This document shows positions 8,208-15,029 of a stretch of DNA of 20,000 nt, one piece after another. The notes under the pieces were generated by a model, which saw nothing but the letters and a program-made list of their open reading frames with translations, did no database searches and was not told where the DNA came from. Both the position numbers and the translations under genes were made by a program. The stretch is from an uncultured virus (IMG/VR IMGVR_UViG_3300002835_000131) (lineage: Duplodnaviria > Heunggongvirae > Uroviricota > Caudoviricetes), in the IMG/VR virus record IMGVR_UViG_3300002835_000131, positions 54,177-74,176 of that record; one strand, written 5' to 3'. Numbering within the stretch: position 1 is the first letter of the stretch; each line of letters starts with the position of its first letter.

Positions 8208-9266
8208 ATGAGTAAAAACAGAGATTTGCTTAAAGAAGCAATCGAAGACGCTAAAGTTGTTAAAGAAACAGCAATAGCAAGCGCAAAAGCAGCACTTGAA
8301 GAACACTTTACTCCACAATTAAAATCTATGCTATCAGCTAAACTTGCAGAAATGGAAGAAATGGATGTTGAAGAAGCAGAGATGGATGATATGGAAGAAA
8401 TGTATTCTAAAAAAGAAGAAAACTTAATGGGCTACAAAGAAGTTAAAGAAGAAGAAGATCTAATCAACAACCCAAAAGGTCCAACAGCACATGGTAATGT
8501 AGCTGAAGAAGAATTAGATGAACTTAATCTTGACGAATTATTAGCTGAATTAGAAGCAGACATGAAAGACGAAAACATGCATGCTGAAGACGACGAAATG
8601 AAAAAAGAAGAATTAAACGAAGCAGAAGGTGAAGAAGAAGTTGAAACTGAAGAAGAAATCAACATTGAAGACATGACTGAAGAAGAGTTAAAATCATTCA
8701 TTGAAGACGTAATTAAAGACATGGTTGAATCTGGCGAATTAGAAGCTGGTGAAGGCATGGAAGGTGAAGAAGGCGAAGAAATGGAAAGTGAAGAAGAAGA
8801 AGTTTCAATTGATGAAATTTTAGCTGAAATCGCATTAGACGAAGCTAAGAAAAAAGGTGACAAAGAAGACAAGAAAGACAAAGAAGAAATGACTAAACTT
8901 AAAAAAGAGTTAGAAGAAGCTATGTCAACTATTGCTACTATGAGAACTGACATCAATGAAGTTAATTTGTTAAATGCGAAATTACTTTACACTAACAAAA
9001 TTTTCAAAGCTAAAAACTTAACCGAGTCACAAAAAGTAAAGGTTTTAAATGCATTTGATAAAGCATCAACAGTAAAAGAAACTAAATTAGTATTCGAAAC
9101 ATTATCAGAAGGTTTAAAAGAAACTTCTAAATCACATGTTAATGAATCATTGAAAACTAGTTTAGCATCTAAAACAACAGGTATCATGCCATCGGCAAGA
9201 AAACCTATTGTAGAAGTTAATGACACATTCAAAAGAATGCAAAAAATAGCAGGAATTATTAAATAA
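8208..9266 (+). CDS. Prohead scaffolding protein (T4 gp22-like position and composition)
   Basis: Extremely Glu/Asp-rich coiled-coil protein directly upstream of the major capsid gene, ending in RMQKIAGIIK. ATG 8208 (MSKNRDLL) is preferred over GTG 8178, which lies inside a hairpin. Confidence 0.85.
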   Translation: MSKNRDLLKEAIEDAKVVKETAIASAKAALEEHFTPQLKSMLSAKLAEMEEMDVEEAEMDDMEEMYSKKEENLMGYKEVKEEEDLINNPKGPTAHGNVAEEELDELNLDELLAELEADMKDENMHAEDDEMKKEELNEAEGEEEVETEEEINIEDMTEEELKSFIEDVIKDMVESGELEAGEGMEGEEGEEMESEEEEVSIDEILAEIALDEAKKKGDKEDKKDKEEMTKLKKELEEAMSTIATMRTDINEVNLLNAKLLYTNKIFKAKNLTESQKVKVLNAFDKASTVKETKLVFETLSEGLKETSKSHVNESLKTSLASKTTGIMPSARKPIVEVNDTFKRMQKIAGIIK

Positions 9267-9294
9267 AACAATTTAAAAAAAAATTTTAAAAAAA

Positions 9295-10971
9295 ATGAGC
9301 ACAATTCAATCATTATTAGAATCAGCTAGTCCTTGGAAATCACTCCAAAGCGATGCAGCTAAATTGTCTTCTAAATGGAACAAAACGGGTCTATTAGAAG
9401 GCTTAACAAATGTAGAGGCAAACAACATGTCTTTATTATTAGAAAACCAAGCTAAGCAATTAGTTATGGAACAATCAGATACAGGTGGAGGTTCATCAGC
9501 AGGTTCATTCTCTGTTGGTCAATCAGAAAACTGGGCTGGTATTGCTTTACCTTTAGTACGTAAAGTATTTGCTCAAATTGCAGCAAAAGAATTTGTTTCA
9601 GTTCAACCAATGTCAATGCCTTCAGGTCTTGTGTTCTTCTTAGACTTCCAATACGGAACAGCTAAAGATCCATTTGCAGTAGGTAGTTCATTGTATGGTA
9701 ACAGAAATGCAACAGGTGAATTCCCGTTTGCAACTCCAGCACCATCAGGTGGTTTATACGGAACAGGTCGTTTCACTTACTCTACCAACCAATTCTCATC
9801 ATCGGCAATCACAATTGCAACTGGTTCACTTATCGTTTCAGGTACGTTAGCTACAACTAACTTTGATTCAGATTACTCAGCTTCAGTTGCTGCAGGTCAA
9901 ATCAAAGCAATCACATTAGTAACTGCTTCTACAAACATCCCTTCATTTGATATGGATGCTGTTAGAGGTTTCTTAATTTTATCAGGTTCAGCTATTACTG
10001 CTGCTAATAACTTACAACAGTTTACTACATTTGATTACACAAACAACACTATTACATTCTTTGTGAGTGCTTCTTCAGCTACAATTGCTAACTCAGGTGC
10101 TTATACAATTTTGTATAACAAAGCTACTCAAATGAGCCCGTATAACGTAGGTGATTTTGAAGATTCGTCATCATTCGCAGTTCCAAATGCTCAAGATAAC
10201 TCATCTATCGTTATTCCTGAGATTAATGTTAAAATGCAATCACAAGCCATCACTGCTAAAACTAAAAAATTGAAAGCAGTATGGACACCTGAATTCTCAC
10301 AAGATTTAGCTGCTTACCAAAACATTGATGCTGAAGCTGAAGTAACAAACATCATGTCTGAGTACATTTCAATGGAAATTGATCTTGAAATCTTAGATAT
10401 GTTGATCGAAGATGCTGCTGCGGGTACTGAGTACTGGTCAACAGTTAACAACAACGTTTACAACCCAGCTACAGCTACTTTCTCAACAGCTGGTTCAGCG
10501 TTCTACAACACACAAGGCCAATGGTTCCAAACTTTAGGAACTAAAATCCAAAAATTAAGCAACAAAATTCACCAATTAACTTTAAGAGGTGGTGCTAACT
10601 TCATCGTTACATCTCCAACTGTAGCTACAGTATTAGAATCAATCCCAGGATTTGCTTCTAACAACAATGGTGATGCTGCTCAAATGGAATACGCTTTCGG
10701 TGTACAAAAAGCAGGTCAATTAAATGGCCGTTACACAGTTTACAAAAACCCTTACATGACTGAAAATATCATGTTATTAGGTTACAGAGGTTCACAATTC
10801 TTAGAAGCTGGTGCTGTATTTGCTCCATATGTTCCATTAATTATGACTCCACTTGTGTACGATCCAGATACATTTACTCCACGTAAAGGTTTATTAACTC
10901 GTTACGCTAAGAAAATGTTAAGACCAGAATTTTATGGTAAGATCTATATCCAAGGATTAAATACTATTTAA
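9295..10971 (+). CDS. gp23: Major capsid protein (T4 gp23-like)
   Basis: Motifs LLLENQ, ALPLVRKVF, VSVQPMSMPSGLVFFL, AKTKKLKAVWTPEFSQDL, FAPYVPL and DPDTFTPRKGLLTRY. Shift toward TTC/TAC/AAC/ATC codons, as in highly expressed genes. Confidence 0.97.
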   Translation: MSTIQSLLESASPWKSLQSDAAKLSSKWNKTGLLEGLTNVEANNMSLLLENQAKQLVMEQSDTGGGSSAGSFSVGQSENWAGIALPLVRKVFAQIAAKEFVSVQPMSMPSGLVFFLDFQYGTAKDPFAVGSSLYGNRNATGEFPFATPAPSGGLYGTGRFTYSTNQFSSSAITIATGSLIVSGTLATTNFDSDYSASVAAGQIKAITLVTASTNIPSFDMDAVRGFLILSGSAITAANNLQQFTTFDYTNNTITFFVSASSATIANSGAYTILYNKATQMSPYNVGDFEDSSSFAVPNAQDNSSIVIPEINVKMQSQAITAKTKKLKAVWTPEFSQDLAAYQNIDAEAEVTNIMSEYISMEIDLEILDMLIEDAAAGTEYWSTVNNNVYNPATATFSTAGSAFYNTQGQWFQTLGTKIQKLSNKIHQLTLRGGANFIVTSPTVATVLESIPGFASNNNGDAAQMEYAFGVQKAGQLNGRYTVYKNPYMTENIMLLGYRGSQFLEAGAVFAPYVPLIMTPLVYDPDTFTPRKGLLTRYAKKMLRPEFYGKIYIQGLNTI

Positions 10972-10990
10972 TTCTAAATTAATAGAATAA

Positions 10991-11023
10991 AAAGAAGGGA
11001 CTCGCATTGCGAGTCCTTTTTTT
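10991..11023 (+). terminator. Intrinsic (possibly bidirectional) terminator after the major capsid gene
   Basis: Stem GGACTCGC (10998-11005), loop ATT, stem GCGAGTCC (11009-11016), then T7. An A-rich tract precedes the stem. Confidence 0.9.
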
Positions 11024-11027
11024 GTCT

Positions 11028-11036
11028 ATATGTATT
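11028..11036 (+). promoter_or_regulatory. Promoter-like variant ATATGTATT
   Basis: Same variant as at 8101, again located just downstream of a terminator. Confidence 0.45.
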
Positions 11037-11053
11037 GAAAACTAATAAGTTTT

Positions 11054-11212
11054 ATGAGTGGAAATATTGCTAAAATACCGCTTATTATCAATTTGAATAT
11101 TAATATACACAACTATATTATCTCATATTTACCCGCTGTATTAGACGGGCTAATCAACAAATCAACAATTTTATTCACTAAACGACTGTATTATGAGTTC
11201 AAATCATCATGA
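11054..11212 (+). CDS. Possible small ORF (52 aa) overlapping the phoH start
   Basis: ATG 11054 to TGA 11212 encodes MSGNIAKIPLIINLNINIHNYIISYLPAVLDGLINKSTILFTKRLYYEFKSS. It starts 26 nt after the start of the ATATGTAT motif. No recognisable homology. Confidence 0.3.
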   Translation: MSGNIAKIPLIINLNINIHNYIISYLPAVLDGLINKSTILFTKRLYYEFKSS

Positions 11213-11906
11213 GGACGAGATCTTCAAAGAAAAACGTAAACCTAAAACTCCTATTAAATTTAAAATTCAATTAAACGAAGAACAGAAGCAAGCAAAAGAA
11301 AAAATTTTAAATAATACAGTTACATTATTAGCTGGTTCAGCAGGTTCAGGTAAAACCTTATTAGCATGTCAGATAGCATTAGAAAAGCTATTTATGAAAG
11401 AAGTAGAAAAAGTAATTATTACTAGACCTACAGTGTCAAAAGAAGAAATTGGTTTTTTACCTGGTGATTTAAGAGAAAAAATGGATCCTTGGGTTCAACC
11501 AATTTATCAAAATATGTTTTTACTATATGATAAAGTTGCTATAGAAAAACATATAGCCGAAGGTAATATAGAAATTGTACCTGTATCATTTATGCGTGGT
11601 AGAACATTTGTTAACTCAATTGTTATTGTAGATGAAGCTCAAAACGTAACCCATGAACAAATGGAAATGATTGTTACTCGTATTGGTATTGATTCTAAAA
11701 TGATAGTATGTGGTGATGATAATCAAGTAGATTTAAAAAATAAACGTGACTCTGGATTTAAATTTTTATACACAGCTGCGTCAAAAATTAAAAACTTGAT
11801 TGGAATTAAATTAACTACTAACCATAGAAATCCAATAGTTGAAGACTTAATTGAATTATATAATGATGCTTACGAAAGAGGCATGACCAATGTTAAAGTT
11901 AAGTAA
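11193..11906 (+). CDS. phoH: PhoH-family ATPase
   Basis: GSAGSGKT (Walker A), IITRP, IGFLPGDLREKMDPW, FMRGRTF, IVDEAQN, GDDNQVD and HR motifs. Confidence 0.96.
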   Translation: MSSNHHEDEIFKEKRKPKTPIKFKIQLNEEQKQAKEKILNNTVTLLAGSAGSGKTLLACQIALEKLFMKEVEKVIITRPTVSKEEIGFLPGDLREKMDPWVQPIYQNMFLLYDKVAIEKHIAEGNIEIVPVSFMRGRTFVNSIVIVDEAQNVTHEQMEMIVTRIGIDSKMIVCGDDNQVDLKNKRDSGFKFLYTAASKIKNLIGIKLTTNHRNPIVEDLIELYNDAYERGMTNVKVK

Positions 11907-11923
11907 GGAACCATATTTTTTTG

Positions 11924-11934
11924 ATATTTATAAT
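11924..11934 (+). promoter_or_regulatory. Putative late promoter motif ATATTTATAAT
   Basis: Third exact copy, starting 19 nt before ATG 11943. Confidence 0.6.
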
Positions 11935-11942
11935 TAAAAGGC

Positions 11943-12377
11943 ATGGCAACTTTCACTTCCCAAATATTTGAAATTTTAACATTAAATGGAGATAACGTAG
12001 GATCTTCTGTTACTAACACCATTAACAATGTTAATTTTGTAGATAACAGAATCCTTAGTATCCCTACTAGCTCAGTTACTACATTATTTTCAATGGATTC
12101 AGTACCAGGTGCTGGAACATTTGTAACAAGTAGTGTTCAGTATGTTAGAGTAACTAACAATTCAACTGTTACACCAATTAAATTAATTGTATCTTCTTCA
12201 ACAGAAGCTATGAGTTATTTAATTGCTACAGGTAGTTCATATATGATATCTACAAGTAAAATGACAGGAAGTGTAAGTGTTGGTACTGGTAGTTTTAATT
12301 TTAGTGATATTCAGTCAGTTAAAGCACAACCTTCATCAAGCGCAGCTTCAATAGAATATTACATTGTAACTATTTAA
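11943..12377 (+). CDS. Ser/Thr-rich putative virion structural protein (144 aa)
   Basis: Beta-rich composition with many TSS, TGS and SSS motifs. First gene of the neck operon. Confidence 0.8.
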   Translation: MATFTSQIFEILTLNGDNVGSSVTNTINNVNFVDNRILSIPTSSVTTLFSMDSVPGAGTFVTSSVQYVRVTNNSTVTPIKLIVSSSTEAMSYLIATGSSYMISTSKMTGSVSVGTGSFNFSDIQSVKAQPSSSAASIEYYIVTI

Positions 12378-12386
12378 TAAAATAAT

Positions 12387-13607
12387 ATGAATATACCTAT
12401 TTGGCCTGGTTCTAGTTCATTTGCTCAAGTATCAGCATCTTATTATAATACTCCTTCATCAGGAATTCCTCCTACTCCGTTTGGATTTTATGATAATGAG
12501 ACTCAATTTAAAACAGACGCTGATAGTGTAGCTATGTTTGTTACTCGTAGATTAGGATATCCTATTATGGATATTGAACTTCAAGATATTAACATATATG
12601 CTGCTTTTGAAGAAGCAGTTACTACATATGGAAATGAATTATATGCTTTTTTAACTAGAGATAATTATCTTACATTTGAAGGAGCTTCAACTTCTATTGA
12701 TGCTGATAATGCATTAATTACTCCTTCAATGGCTAATATTGTTAGATTATCTGAACAATATGGAGAAGAAGCAGGTTCAGGAGGTAACGTTACTTGGAGA
12801 AAAGGTAGATTAACTTTAATTCCAGGAGTACAAAGATATGATTTAAAAGCTTGGGCTGAGTCTCAAGGTATTGTAGGTGGAATTGAAATTAAAAGAGTAT
12901 TTTACCAACCACCTCCAGCTGTATCTCAAATGTTTGCTCCTTTCTTAGGAACAATGGCAGGAGGTTTAGGCGGAGTCCCAGCGGCTGGTGCTTATGGTTT
13001 AGGTATGGGTTATACAAATTATTTAATGATGCCTACAAGTTTTACAGCTCAAACTATTCAAGCTATTGAGATGCAAAACACTATAACCTTATCTAATTAT
13101 ACTTTTGAAATTACAAATAATGTAATCTCAGTGTTTCCAGTTCCTGGAACTGGATTTTTTAATGAAGAAATGGATAATAATTTAGATTACGGAATGTATT
13201 TAAATTTTGAATATGTTTCATTACAAGAAAGATTAGATTCAGCGTTTGGAGATGGTACAAATAAAATTACTAACACATCAAATGTACCTTATACTAATCC
13301 AAATTATAATGCTTTAAATTCAGTAGGTAGAAGTTGGATATATGAATACACTTTAGCATTAACTAAAGAAATATTAGGATATGTTAGAGGAAAATATAGT
13401 ACTGTTCCTATTCCTAATGCTGAAGTAACTTTAAATCAACAAGATTTATTATCTTCAGCTACAGCTACTAAAGATGCTTTAATTTTAAGATTAAGAGAAT
13501 ATTTTGATCAAACTTCACGTCAAGCATTGCTTGAAAGAAGAGCAGCTGAATCAGCAGCACGTGTAACAGAAATAAATCAAGTACCAATGGTAATTTATAT
13601 AGCATAA
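12387..13607 (+). CDS. Neck protein / head-tail adaptor (T4 gp13-like)
   Basis: RRLGYPIMDIELQD resembles the gp13 N-terminal motif; WIYEYTLALTKEILGYVRGKY...EVTLN and the terminal PMVIYIA fit the gp13 C-terminus. Confidence 0.82.
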   Translation: MNIPIWPGSSSFAQVSASYYNTPSSGIPPTPFGFYDNETQFKTDADSVAMFVTRRLGYPIMDIELQDINIYAAFEEAVTTYGNELYAFLTRDNYLTFEGASTSIDADNALITPSMANIVRLSEQYGEEAGSGGNVTWRKGRLTLIPGVQRYDLKAWAESQGIVGGIEIKRVFYQPPPAVSQMFAPFLGTMAGGLGGVPAAGAYGLGMGYTNYLMMPTSFTAQTIQAIEMQNTITLSNYTFEITNNVISVFPVPGTGFFNEEMDNNLDYGMYLNFEYVSLQERLDSAFGDGTNKITNTSNVPYTNPNYNALNSVGRSWIYEYTLALTKEILGYVRGKYSTVPIPNAEVTLNQQDLLSSATATKDALILRLREYFDQTSRQALLERRAAESAARVTEINQVPMVIYIA

Positions 13608-13608
13608 A

Positions 13609-14157
13609 ATGGCATTATTTGGAAGTATAAGAGATGTTTCAGCTTTAAGATTTATTAATAGAGAATTAATGGGTAATGTTATTACCCAACAAGTTGCTTA
13701 TTACAAATATAATCTAGGTCAAACTAGAGTTAATATGTATGGTGAAAATGTAGAGGGTAAATTTTATATTGGCCCAGTTCTATTAGATTGTTTACTTGAA
13801 AGAAATGATCAAGCATTCCCTACAAGTGATTTAGGTGTTGATTTAGTTTGGGGTATAAAAGTAGCATTTTTAAAAGATGATTTATTAAATAAAAATTATG
13901 ACTACAATATTGATACTGAGTTTTATGGAGCTAATTTAGTACCACAAGTAGGAGATATTATTTTATATCAAAATGGATATTTTGAAGTAGATAATGTAAT
14001 TTCAAACCAACAATTTGTAGGCAAAGATCCTGATTACCCATATGATGTAAATCCTTTAAATCCAGGATTACAAAACTTTGGTTGGGATCAATCAATTGTT
14101 TGTGATTGTCATTATGTACCACAAGATAGAGTAAACATAACTAAAGCAAGATTATAA
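13609..14157 (+). CDS. Neck protein / head closure (T4 gp14-like)
   Basis: Lies between the gp13-like and gp15-like genes. NMYGE and PQVGDIILYQNGYFEVDNV motifs are typical of head-closure proteins. Confidence 0.7.
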   Translation: MALFGSIRDVSALRFINRELMGNVITQQVAYYKYNLGQTRVNMYGENVEGKFYIGPVLLDCLLERNDQAFPTSDLGVDLVWGIKVAFLKDDLLNKNYDYNIDTEFYGANLVPQVGDIILYQNGYFEVDNVISNQQFVGKDPDYPYDVNPLNPGLQNFGWDQSIVCDCHYVPQDRVNITKARL

Positions 14158-15029
14158 TGGCTGGAAGAATACCTATACCTAAAACACAAAAAGAGATACT
14201 TGTAGATCAACAAGTACCTTTTGATGTTGAAAGAGGTAACCCTAATAAGTCTAATAATCCTAATAGAGCTACACAAACTTCTTTTAGAAATGATAATACT
14301 AAACCATTTAGTATTAGTCTTCAAGATATTGATGGAGCTATTATGTATTATTTTCAAAATGTTATTAAACCTTTTGTAGTGCAAAATGAAGAAAGAATAG
14401 AAGTTCCTGTTATATATGGTTCACCTGAAAAATGGAAATCATATCAAAAGGATGGTTATTATAGAGATGTAAACGGTGCTATTATGGCTCCACTTATTAT
14501 GTTTAAAAGAGATAGTATAGAAAAAAATAGGACTGTAGCTAATAAATTAGATGCTAATAGACCTAACAACTATACAGTAACAGAAAAACAATACTCTCCA
14601 AGTAATATATATAGTAATTTTAATGTTTTAACTAACAGAATACCAACTACTACATATTATGCTTCAGTAGTACCTGATTACTTAACATTAACTTATAGTT
14701 GTGTAGTATTTACTTACTATGTAGAACAATTAAATAAAATAGTAGAAGCAATTGAATATGCTTCAGATGCGTATTGGGGTAACCCAGAACAATTTCAATT
14801 CCAAACTCGTATTGATACATTTAATACAGTAACAGAATTACAAAATGACGCTGAACGATTAGTTAGAAGTACTTTTAATATTAAAGTATATGGTTATATA
14901 GTTCCAGAAGTATTACAAAAAGATTTAAACTCTATCAAGAAATTTTCAAGTAAGAGTAAAATAATTATAAATTTAGAATCAACAATAACAAACCCAACAA
15001 ACGAAATACAATATGGCCAGAATCAATAA
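14157..15029 (+). CDS. Tail completion / sheath stabiliser (T4 gp15-like)
   Basis: [19 protein letters not shown] and [10 protein letters not shown]...[10 protein letters not shown] resemble gp15-family motifs. Synteny 13-14-15. Confidence 0.75.
   Translation: MAGRIPIPKTQKEILVDQQVPFDVERGNPNKSNNPNRATQTSFRNDNTKPFSISLQDIDGAIMYYFQNVIKPFVVQNEERIEVPVIYGSPEKWKSYQKDGYYRDVNGAIMAPLIMFKRDSIEKNRTVANKLDANRPNNYTVTEKQYSPSNIYSNFNVLTNRIPTTTYYASVVPDYLTLTYSCVVFTYYVEQLNKIVEAIEYASDAYWGNPEQFQFQTRIDTFNTVTELQNDAERLVRSTFNIKVYGYIVPEVLQKDLNSIKKFSSKSKIIINLESTITNPTNEIQYGQNQ

Noticed and set aside
1334..14384. Short minus-strand ORFs (1334-1666, 3182-3466, 3523-3819, 5674-6198, 7009-7341, 8432-8956, 8987-9313, 14112-14384)
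   Set aside because: They overlap well-supported plus-strand genes, have Ser/Leu/Phe-rich antisense composition and carry no motifs.
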